From the IMG/VR virus record IMGVR_UViG_3300010354_000005, positions 1 to 56,337 of that record: 56,337 nt of DNA. One strand, given 5' to 3'. Below, piece after piece: positions 38,009-46,133 of the stretch. Source of the stretch: a virus (taxonomy: Duplodnaviria > Caudoviricetes). The position numbers and the translations under genes are program-made. The notes below the pieces were generated by a model, which worked only from the letters and a program-made list of their open reading frames with translations, searched no databases and was not told the DNA's origin. Numbering within the stretch: the stretch's first letter is position 1; each line of letters opens with the position of its first letter.

Positions 38009-38196
38009 ATAGCCTCCGTGTTGAAGAGAGACGTAGTATGTCACAAGATCTAGGTTTATTGTGACCATCCTTTATATCTTTTCGTAATATAGCCTTAACA
38101 AATTGTAGGTATTTCTGAATAAGTACCTACGTTTTGTCCGTACAATGTACACACATTTCGGACAGTGTAAACCTAGCCTGACACTTTTACCCTAGT

Positions 38197-38258
38197 TTTC
38201 TGACATTGCATGAAATTTTAATGAGAACAATTCTCATCATGGCATCGGATGTCAGAAA
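38197..38258. promoter_or_regulatory. Operator-like palindrome with a Fur-box-like core
   Basis: TGAGAAC-A-ATTCTCA (38222-38236) lies inside TTTCTGACAT/ATGTCAGAAA arms. Confidence 0.45.
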
Positions 38259-38466
38259 GAGTCTATATCTAGGGGGACGGGTTGTGGTATTATTCGCATC
38301 CCGGCGTTGATCGACCCGACGCTCCCGACTCAGGCACGAAGGTAGGGGATAAAACCCAAACACATGGGAATAAACGAGAGTGCCATCCTTTTTGGATACA
38401 CCCCTTTATGGGGTTAGGTTTTTATTGTTCAAAATTTATTGTATGTCCTTAGGACAAAAAATAAAT

Positions 38467-38495
38467 TTGACGAACACAAAAAAAATATTTATGAT
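38467..38495 (+). promoter_or_regulatory. Sigma70-type promoter for the primase-helicase operon
   Basis: TTGACG-17 bp-TATGAT. Confidence 0.7.
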
Positions 38496-38501
38496 AGGGA
38501 C

Positions 38502-40190
38502 ATGCAAACATTTTCAGATTATGGAATCCAAGTAAGGGGTAGTGGTCAAGTAAAGACCGTGTGCCCTAAGTGTAGTCCTACAAGAAAAAAGAAAAACTAT
38601 CCTTGCCTTAATGTGAATGTAGACGAAGGTCTATGGAACTGCTGGCATTGTGGTTGGTCAGGTGCATTGGGCACCAAGAAGAAGGGAGCGTTACCAGTGG
38701 TACAACCGAAGTATCGAAACCCCGAAGTAAAACTTAGTGTCTTACCACAAGAGGCACTAACGTATCTTGAAGAGCGCGGGATCACCCCTGAAGTAGCCGC
38801 TCGAAATCAAATCTCATTCACCAAAAAGTACATGCCTCAGCGCGAGGAAGAAGTTCCGGTTATGGCTTTCCCTTACATAAAGGAAGGCAAGATCGTGAAC
38901 GTCAAGTATCGCGACAAGAACAAGTACTTCACACAGGAGTCAGGCTGTGAACGAACTTGGTATAAATACGACGATATCGATCCGAAACAAACGATTATTG
39001 TTGAAGGCGAATTCGATGCGTTGGCGCTTGAGGTCGCTGGCTTTAGACATTGCGTCTCAGTTCCCGATGGTGCGCCGACTTCTAATGCTAAGAACCTCAC
39101 GCAGAAATTCTCGTTCTTGGACATCGAGGATACGCGTATCGATGAGGTGGAGAAGTTCATCCTTGCGGTGGACGCTGATGCACCGGGGCGTAAGCTTGAA
39201 GAAGAACTCGCCCGTCGGCTTGGCAAGGATAGATGTTATACGGTACGGTGGCCTGACGACGCGAAGGATGCGAATGATGTTCTTGTAAAGTATGGCAAAG
39301 AAGAACTTGCTCGGATCATAGAAGCGGCAACACCATACCCTGTTGACGGTATCTTCGAACTCAATGACTTCGGTGTTGAGCTGGACGAGATCTTTGAACA
39401 TGGGATGCCAGCGGGTGTGTCAACAGGATGGAAGAACGTCGATGACTTCTACCGCCCACTACCCGGACAATGGACACTGGTAACAGGGGTGCCCGGGATG
39501 GGTAAGTCCGAGTGGCTGGATGCCCTAGTCATGAACCTGACCAGAGAACACTTCTGGATAACAGGCATCTGCTCACCAGAGAACCAGCCCATAAGCTACC
39601 ACGCCTCGAAGCTGATGGAAAAATATGCTGGGAAGAGGCTTCACAAAATGTCGAAAGAAGAGTATGATGAAGCTAAGGAGTGGGTGAACACATTCTTCAA
39701 GTTCATCATGCCAGAGGATAGGACGCTTGAGTCTTTGTTAACAAAAGCGAAACTATTGGTCAAGCGGTACGGCATGAAGGGGCTAATCATCGACCCCTAC
39801 AACGAGATCACCCACACCCACAGGAAGGAAGGCATATCCGAGACCGAGTACATCTCAGAGTTTTTGGCACAGATGCGAAGCTTTGCTAGGAACATGGGGG
39901 TACACATCTGGCTAGTCGCCCACCCTACCAAGTTGCAGAAGGGGATGGACGGTAAGTATCCGGTTCCTACGGGGTACGATGTTGCGGGAAGTGCGCACTT
40001 CTTTAATAAAGCTGATAATATTATTGCAGTACATAGAGATAAGTCTGTGCAGGGGGCACCAAGTGAGATCCATATCCAGAAGATACGGTCTCGTTGGCTA
40101 GGGCAGTTGGGCAGTACCAACCTAACATGGGATCACCAATCAGGGCGGTACGATACACCTGTTAATTATGTTGGCGACTTCATGAGGTAA
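38502..40190 (+). CDS. Primase-helicase (T7 gp4/Twinkle-like)
   Basis: Zn finger CPKC...CWHC, TOPRIM EGEFD and DAD, Walker A GVPGMGKS, IIDP, LVAHP. Confidence 0.93.
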   Translation: MQTFSDYGIQVRGSGQVKTVCPKCSPTRKKKNYPCLNVNVDEGLWNCWHCGWSGALGTKKKGALPVVQPKYRNPEVKLSVLPQEALTYLEERGITPEVAARNQISFTKKYMPQREEEVPVMAFPYIKEGKIVNVKYRDKNKYFTQESGCERTWYKYDDIDPKQTIIVEGEFDALALEVAGFRHCVSVPDGAPTSNAKNLTQKFSFLDIEDTRIDEVEKFILAVDADAPGRKLEEELARRLGKDRCYTVRWPDDAKDANDVLVKYGKEELARIIEAATPYPVDGIFELNDFGVELDEIFEHGMPAGVSTGWKNVDDFYRPLPGQWTLVTGVPGMGKSEWLDALVMNLTREHFWITGICSPENQPISYHASKLMEKYAGKRLHKMSKEEYDEAKEWVNTFFKFIMPEDRTLESLLTKAKLLVKRYGMKGLIIDPYNEITHTHRKEGISETEYISEFLAQMRSFARNMGVHIWLVAHPTKLQKGMDGKYPVPTGYDVAGSAHFFNKADNIIAVHRDKSVQGAPSEIHIQKIRSRWLGQLGSTNLTWDHQSGRYDTPVNYVGDFMR

Positions 40191-40193
40191 CAA

Positions 40194-40421
40194 ATGTCAG
40201 ACACCATTAAGATTGTGACACCGGAAGGCAAGGAGATGGAGCTTGTTTTCCAAGAGGGTTGCTTTGATTCTTTGATAGAGGCTGGCGTATCGCTGGAAGA
40301 AATCGAGGAACTGAAGCGCGAGACTATTGAGATGTTCAAGTCTGGCAAAGCCTTTGAGGATGCCACCCCCGTCAGCGAAGAAGAGTTGGCTGAGTTTTCA
40401 AAACCTAACACGCGGCATTGA
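40194..40421 (+). CDS. Hypothetical acidic protein
   Basis: 75 aa with SD GAGG. Confidence 0.65.
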   Translation: MSDTIKIVTPEGKEMELVFQEGCFDSLIEAGVSLEEIEELKRETIEMFKSGKAFEDATPVSEEELAEFSKPNTRH

Positions 40422-40711
40422 TGTACAGGAACAAGAAGCTACTTGCCGGCGCGAGAGGTAAACCGTGCGTCATGTGTGGTACCGAAAATGGTACGACTGT
40501 TGCAGCGCACAGCAATTTGCTTGAGCATGGGAAGGGCAAGGGTATCAAGGCACACGACGGTATGATGGCGTGGCTTTGCTATACCTGCCACTTCAACTAT
40601 GACCAAGGCACAAGGATGGACAAGCAGGAGAAGAGGGACTTCATACTGACTGCGATATGCAAAACTTATATGAAGATGTGGGATGAGGAAGTCATTGAGT
40701 ACAAGGGGTAG
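40418..40711 (+). CDS. DUF1364/HNH-like Zn-binding putative nuclease
   Basis: ARG.PCVMCG....TVAAH......GKG.K..D...AWLC..CH. Confidence 0.75.
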   Translation: MMYRNKKLLAGARGKPCVMCGTENGTTVAAHSNLLEHGKGKGIKAHDGMMAWLCYTCHFNYDQGTRMDKQEKRDFILTAICKTYMKMWDEEVIEYKG

Positions 40712-40714
40712 TAA

Positions 40715-40954
40715 ATGGCTAGGCGCAGTAGATTATTCTACCTGCCACCATCATTCACAATGGAAACAATAATCCGAATTGCGGAACATACCGTGAAAGA
40801 GATGGGGTTTGAGGGTGAGGACGAGGAGTTGCACGGAGCGATAGAGACGTTCGCTGAGTACGTCTGTGGCATCGAACGCCATGAGGTTATTAAAGCGATC
40901 CGCAAGTGCAAGACCGTCGAGGAAGCTATTGACCTAATCAAACAGAGAGGCTAA
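40715..40954 (+). CDS. Hypothetical protein
   Basis: 79 aa within the operon. Confidence 0.6.
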   Translation: MARRSRLFYLPPSFTMETIIRIAEHTVKEMGFEGEDEELHGAIETFAEYVCGIERHEVIKAIRKCKTVEEAIDLIKQRG

Positions 40955-41044
40955 GATGTGGGATAAGATCCGCTGCGGTATTGATGATGTTCTTCGGTTG
41001 TTGTGGTTGGTTGTATTGGTTGGCTGGATTATACATGGGTGGGC

Positions 41045-41293
41045 ATGATGAGTGCCGAGCTATGGAATGAAGAGGAACACGGAGTAAGTTACGAGGATTT
41101 ATCTGCCGCTTGTGCAGAGTACATATCGCTGATTACTATGATGTGTACTTTGATGAGGGCTTATCGTAACACAAAGGATGACAACTTGATGGAAGTCATG
41201 GATCATCTACTTTCTGACTACGACGTGAACGATCCAGACTATTACGATGATGTGGAAGTAGAGGATGGCGGGGATGACGGGCAGCGACATTGA
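41045..41293 (+). CDS. Hypothetical acidic protein
   Basis: ORF within the operon; preceded by a possible 30-aa membrane peptide at 40956-41048. Confidence 0.6.
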   Translation: MMSAELWNEEEHGVSYEDLSAACAEYISLITMMCTLMRAYRNTKDDNLMEVMDHLLSDYDVNDPDYYDDVEVEDGGDDGQRH

Positions 41294-41489
41294 AGGTACA
41301 AAGCAGTCAACAACAGATGAGTTGTACTTCAAAGACCCAAAGGTTTACCCGCCGCCAAAGGGGACGAGCATGTTGTTACTCAACCCCGGCGGCATCTGCA
41401 TCATAGGTCAGTGGACTGATGATTGTATTGGTTGGTGCCCAAAGCCCAAGATACCAAAAGCATTGAAAGAGAGACTAGTAAATGGATAA
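41265..41489 (+). CDS. Hypothetical protein
   Basis: PPPKG..MLLL..GG..IIG.W......WCP.PK pattern. Confidence 0.65.
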   Translation: MAGMTGSDIEGTKQSTTDELYFKDPKVYPPPKGTSMLLLNPGGICIIGQWTDDCIGWCPKPKIPKALKERLVNG

Positions 41490-41820
41490 CGACATTGAAC
41501 GATTGCTTCATGAGTACAGGGAGAAGGTGGAAGAGTACGCCAAAGCCCGTGCTCGTCGAACGTACATCGAAGAGTTCAAGAAAAGCAAGTTCGCAATTCT
41601 AATGCGACAAGCAGACCGTGATGGGTTCAAGACTGCGGCGGCTCAGGAGCGCGAGGCTTACGCCGCCGACGAGTATATCGAATTTTTATCAGGGCTACGA
41701 GAAGCCGTAGAAGCAGAAGAGAGACTGCGTTACGACCTGCGCGCACTAGAGATGAGAGCAGAAGTTTGGCGTACATTACGAGCAGACGAAAGGTTCGAGA
41801 AAAAATCCTATGGCGCTTAA
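41482..41820 (+). CDS. Coiled-coil phage protein
   Basis: 112 aa, helical. Confidence 0.7.
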   Translation: MDNDIERLLHEYREKVEEYAKARARRTYIEEFKKSKFAILMRQADRDGFKTAAAQEREAYAADEYIEFLSGLREAVEAEERLRYDLRALEMRAEVWRTLRADERFEKKSYGA

Positions 41821-42190
41821 AGGAACAGCACAAACAAGACGTGCAAGAAGTCCACGTCAAGTACTAAACAGGGGTGAAGGTTGGTTCCCGCTGTGCTTTC
41901 AATCGAAAGAGCAGTACGAAGATTATAATGCTTTGATGAACTCATCGTCTAACCCGAGTGACAACTTAGGCACATTCTGTATGGACTGCACACCACAGTA
42001 CAAAACAGAAATGCTAGAGTGTGGGAGATGTGAGCACCCCGAAACTCGATTCGTTCTATACAAGAACCACGTCGAGCAAGAGGTTGAACAGATAGGGGTG
42101 GCAGAGAACAGCCGCTTCTGGTCTAAGGTTCAGCGTGGTATCACGATCATCAATTGGGGTCAAGATGGGAAAAATAAACAGCCGAGCTAA
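41810..42190 (+). CDS. Cys-containing hypothetical protein
   Basis: PLCF...FCMDCTP.YK..M...GRCEHP. Confidence 0.65.
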   Translation: MALKGTAQTRRARSPRQVLNRGEGWFPLCFQSKEQYEDYNALMNSSSNPSDNLGTFCMDCTPQYKTEMLECGRCEHPETRFVLYKNHVEQEVEQIGVAENSRFWSKVQRGITIINWGQDGKNKQPS

Positions 42191-42578
42191 AGGTAAGTCA
42201 GCGGAGCGTGAGGTCATTGGCATACTGCAAGAGCTGATACCAAAGCTGAAGCTGGAAAGAAACCTTGACCAGACCAGAGATGGTGGCTATGATATCAAGG
42301 GGCTGGAAGGCTGGGCACCAGAGGTAAAGCGGTATGCTCAGATTACATGGGGCGACGTAGAGAACTTCTGGAAGCAGACGTGTACACAAGCAAGAGATAC
42401 CGGACGTAAGCCAGTACTATTCATGCGGGAAGATCGGTCGCCGTGGGTAGTGGTAGTCAGGTTGACAGATGTAATGGACAACGTACTAGCTGAACACGAT
42501 TGGAGTGTAGCGATGACTTGTCAGTTAACTATGGCTGGTTTTGTGTTGGTATATAAACAACATGATTGGGATATATAA
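42165..42578 (+). CDS. Holliday junction resolvase (PD-(D/E)XK)
   Basis: SRAKG...ERE...D.....EVKR...W.Q...QA. Confidence 0.8.
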   Translation: MGKINSRAKGKSAEREVIGILQELIPKLKLERNLDQTRDGGYDIKGLEGWAPEVKRYAQITWGDVENFWKQTCTQARDTGRKPVLFMREDRSPWVVVVRLTDVMDNVLAEHDWSVAMTCQLTMAGFVLVYKQHDWDI

Positions 42579-42961
42579 TGCCAAGAGTATATGATAATGA
42601 GTGGCAGGGTGAAACCAAGAGGGTACTGTGCCTTTGTAGTGCGAACATGCTGCGGTCGCCAACGATGCAGGTGGTTCTGTCGGCGGAGCCTTTCAATTAT
42701 AATACGAGAAGCGCCGGCGTCTATGAGTACGCGCTGATACCGCTATCGCATGACTTGCTTGATTGGGCAGATGAAATCATTTGCGCCGACACCGAGCACT
42801 TCGAACGAGTCCACGCAATCTTGGACAGACTCCCAACCAGAGAGGTAAAACCAATTGTTAACCTTCGTATTCCTGATATCTATGGCTATCGTGATCCACA
42901 ACTTGTGCAACTCATTAGAGACCGCTACCTAGAATGGGTTGACACCGGTGAAGTTCAATGA
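42578..42961 (+). CDS. Low-molecular-weight phosphotyrosine phosphatase-like protein
   Basis: P-loop CSANMLRS (CX5R), SAG, WAD, IPD. Confidence 0.85.
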   Translation: MPRVYDNEWQGETKRVLCLCSANMLRSPTMQVVLSAEPFNYNTRSAGVYEYALIPLSHDLLDWADEIICADTEHFERVHAILDRLPTREVKPIVNLRIPDIYGYRDPQLVQLIRDRYLEWVDTGEVQ

Positions 42962-43089
42962 CAAATACCCGAGGTTGGTAAGAGAAGAGAAACTCTGTTA
43001 CCATCCCGGGTTTTCTAGTATGGTGCTTGCCGTTCGTACAGGGTGGGAAGATGAGTATGGTTTTGTTAAATGGGAACCCGGAGTAGAGT

Positions 43090-43575
43090 ATGTTCAAATC
43101 CCCCGATCAGGCACTAGCGTTTGCCTTCAGGATGAGGAACGCATCAATCATATCTATCCCGAGCGCGACGTACATAGCCAACAAGACGGACAATGAATCG
43201 ACTAGCGACAGGCTAACTCAGTACGACCTACATGCCCAAGTCGGCATGATCTTCAGCTTCCTTTCCCGCAGACCAGATGACGAACAGGCGTATGCTTTCT
43301 ATTTGCACGGAGCGATAGAGGAGCAACGCGTCGCGGCAAAGTTGTTGATCGAGAAGTTCGGAGAGCGTTTTTCTAAATACGAATTAAACAATGTGCAATT
43401 GGAAAATGCTGCACTGTCTCGAAGTGTTCGAGAAGTGAAGGACAAGGTTGGCTTAACCCAACACAAGGCTTGGAAGTTCAGACGGAAGTTGGCTGATGCA
43501 CTAGCACCCGTACAGAACAGTTTGATGGATGCGCTGTGGGATTGGTTGCGACATCCAGAGGGAGTGGTAGAATAG
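43090..43575 (+). CDS. Hypothetical protein, possible late regulator
   Basis: 161 aa, last gene of the replication block, possible C-terminal HTH. Confidence 0.6.
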   Translation: MFKSPDQALAFAFRMRNASIISIPSATYIANKTDNESTSDRLTQYDLHAQVGMIFSFLSRRPDDEQAYAFYLHGAIEEQRVAAKLLIEKFGERFSKYELNNVQLENAALSRSVREVKDKVGLTQHKAWKFRRKLADALAPVQNSLMDALWDWLRHPEGVVE

Positions 43576-43623
43576 TTCTGCGAGTTAATCACTTGCACCC
43601 TTCTACCTTATCACAAGGTCTTT

Positions 43624-43662
43624 GCCCGGGAACTCCTTGAATGGAACCCCCGGGCTTTTTTT
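43624..43662 (+). terminator. Intrinsic terminator
   Basis: GCCCGGG/CCCGGGC stem followed by T7. Confidence 0.8.
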
Positions 43663-43824
43663 CGACCAACGGCGGATATGGTTTTGCTTGGCTGTACAGT
43701 ATGACCGGCCTCAGCGCACAGGACGGAACGCTCCACGCTTGATGGGTGGATTGTAACGTGACTGATCTAGCTACCCCCGGACTGACCTGAATGTCTCCTC
43801 ACATATTCTGGCCGTTTACTTCTA

Positions 43825-44370
43825 CTACACTTCAGTCGATATAGCTACAGAGGTACTACTCTCAGCCATGCGACTCTTCAAACGACGCTCTGCTTTCTTA
43901 CGCTTGTGCGCTGCTCGGATATTCTCCAAAGCTTTGCCCGTGCGCTTCTTGCCATAGTCTGAACGTGTTACTGTTCGTGGACTTAGACGACGCCCAAGTG
44001 AATCATACTGAACATCATCGTCCTCGTCAATGGCTTCTGGGTGTGGATTAGCCGTTGCGGAAACCTTCTCCTCAGCGGGACTTACCTTACGAGGTAAACC
44101 CTTCTTCGTCGCAGCTTTCCTCTTCCGACTCTTCTTTGCAGAAGCCATAATGAATTCCTTCAGTTTGTCCTGAAGTTCTTCGACTAGATCTACCTGCTTG
44201 AACATCCACATCATCTCAGCTTCCGTAGATCTGAAGTTATCTTTTGCTACGGTTGCGGTGCGCTTGAGAAGAGCTACCAACAAGCGCGGATTATGGCAAG
44301 GTATTAGATCATCTGGTGCTTCATTAGATGCTCCGTTGCCAGAGCTAAGCTTTACTAGCATTGTGTTCAT
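43825..44370 (-). CDS. Hypothetical protein with basic C-terminus
   Basis: 181 aa, coupled to the upstream gene. Confidence 0.7.
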   Translation of the reverse strand: MNTMLVKLSSGNGASNEAPDDLIPCHNPRLLVALLKRTATVAKDNFRSTEAEMMWMFKQVDLVEELQDKLKEFIMASAKKSRKRKAATKKGLPRKVSPAEEKVSATANPHPEAIDEDDDVQYDSLGRRLSPRTVTRSDYGKKRTGKALENIRAAHKRKKAERRLKSRMAESSTSVAISTEV

Positions 44371-44828
44371 GCTACTGCCCTCCCTGTGAACTTAAGTGAT
44401 TGAGCCTTGAAGGTCGGCTCGTTTGGTAGATAGCTTGGTTCGATGTGTCTACCTGCTATCTGCTCAAAGACAATCTTGGTCATCTTCCACATCAGCTTCT
44501 TGTCGATGATGTAGTTACGCCAAGCCATCATGCGACCGTCATTAGTAAAGCCAGAACGACGGCGTATTAGATTGTTGTATTCATCGGCGGTCATCGTGAC
44601 TAAGTGGTTGCTGTAGTCTTGGCGACGGGGGCCGATGATAAGACTGACCATCCGATCAAGAGGGCAATCTTGACTAGCCGACAACGAAACATATTCGCGA
44701 GGCAGGTTATCGATACCCACCCTGAAACAATAGGTGGGCATGACGTTAGACAAGCAGCGGAGTATTACATCCTTCTCCGCCATCTCGCCTATGAACTTAC
44801 TATATAGTCGTGTCATCTTACTGCACAT
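44367..44828 (-). CDS. Hypothetical protein
   Basis: Follows the amidotransferase; start uncertain. Confidence 0.65.
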   Translation of the reverse strand: MCSKMTRLYSKFIGEMAEKDVILRCLSNVMPTYCFRVGIDNLPREYVSLSASQDCPLDRMVSLIIGPRRQDYSNHLVTMTADEYNNLIRRRSGFTNDGRMMAWRNYIIDKKLMWKMTKIVFEQIAGRHIEPSYLPNEPTFKAQSLKFTGRAVA

Positions 44829-46101
44829 AGCTGTGTGCTCCTTTCGAAGAGTGAGGTTTAACAATGCCAGCCAACTCAAGCAGAAGATCTTCGTGCTCTG
44901 CCCACATATCAATCACGCAATCTGCACCGTAGTTAGCATCGCTGTTGATACGATCAGACAGAACTTCTGAGTTGAACTGCTTGGATGACTCGTCACCGTA
45001 CATCTCATACAGTAGAGCTGCGCACTTCATTGGGTTCTCACTTACCCAACGAATAACACCGTGATAATCCTCGGTCATCATTGCGTTATAGCTTGAGCGA
45101 ACGATGCGGGCGAGGGCTTCGGTTGATAGTCGGACTTTAGGGTTAATGCGCCGAGAGGCCATCGGTGTATTATCGCGTTTGATACCGGCTTGAACTGCGG
45201 CCTTATTAGCTTTAGCCTTGGCTTTAGCTTTTGCCCGACGTACTCGTTGGCGATTAGCTTGAGCCTTGGCCTTACCATCCCACGGGAGTTGAGCTTGAGC
45301 TGAAGCTGTTGTGGTTTCTTGTTGCTTACGTTCGACCGAAGGAGATCGGTACCCTTCCGCTTCCCACTTTTTGTACTCGCCTTCTTCTTCGAGTTCGTTC
45401 CAGTAACGCCACGAACTGCTGCTGCCGTAGTGGTTCCGCGCTTTGGGAGAGTGGTTGGTTTCTTGGTACCGACTTTTGGTGCTTGGCGACGTGTTCGTCC
45501 CACCTCCATAGTAGTTGTATGAAGGGGCTTGCTCGTATCCGTGCTTCCAAGGAGTCCATGCGTAAGTGTTTGAATACCAGACACCATCGTACTCAACACC
45601 AGCATGCTTGTTGATAATGTAAACATCGCCAGCAGCATTCATGAAGCCGAACTTATTGGACGCGCCAATGTGAACGCCGATGTACCCACGGATGTACGGA
45701 TTCTCAAGAGAGTCGGGGCTTTGCTCAAGCATAGGCTTAAGAAAGTCTTGGATGTAATGCCATGTGTCGGATTTGGTTAGATCCTTAGAGTTGCCACTTG
45801 AGAGAATACCGTTGTGTGCCATCCACAAACCATCTACCACATCGTATGGATGACAGTTGTGCAGATCAATGTCGCCGTGAGTTTTCATGCGGAAGTGGAT
45901 GACAGCTTCATAGCATGCGATCTCTTTGTAGTACAGCTCAGTTACTTCCTTGAGCGAACCGACATGCTTGTAAACTACAACGCCGCGCTCATCACCGTGA
46001 TTGACGATGGCACCGAACCCGTCTGGATTTTTTGCGTAGAAGTCCGTTAACTGTTCTGCCGTGAAGCAGTAATCCTTCGGCTGATGAATGAGAATACACA
46101 T
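44818..46101 (-). CDS. Class II (Ntn) glutamine amidotransferase with C-terminal extension
   Basis: Cys after Met; NPDGFG, HFRMKTHG, HPY, HNG and SDT motifs. Confidence 0.9.
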   Translation of the reverse strand: MCILIHQPKDYCFTAEQLTDFYAKNPDGFGAIVNHGDERGVVVYKHVGSLKEVTELYYKEIACYEAVIHFRMKTHGDIDLHNCHPYDVVDGLWMAHNGILSSGNSKDLTKSDTWHYIQDFLKPMLEQSPDSLENPYIRGYIGVHIGASNKFGFMNAAGDVYIINKHAGVEYDGVWYSNTYAWTPWKHGYEQAPSYNYYGGGTNTSPSTKSRYQETNHSPKARNHYGSSSSWRYWNELEEEGEYKKWEAEGYRSPSVERKQQETTTASAQAQLPWDGKAKAQANRQRVRRAKAKAKAKANKAAVQAGIKRDNTPMASRRINPKVRLSTEALARIVRSSYNAMMTEDYHGVIRWVSENPMKCAALLYEMYGDESSKQFNSEVLSDRINSDANYGADCVIDMWAEHEDLLLELAGIVKPHSSKGAHSYVQ

Positions 46102-46133
46102 AGGTCAATTCCTTTTTGTTAAGTTGGTTGAAG

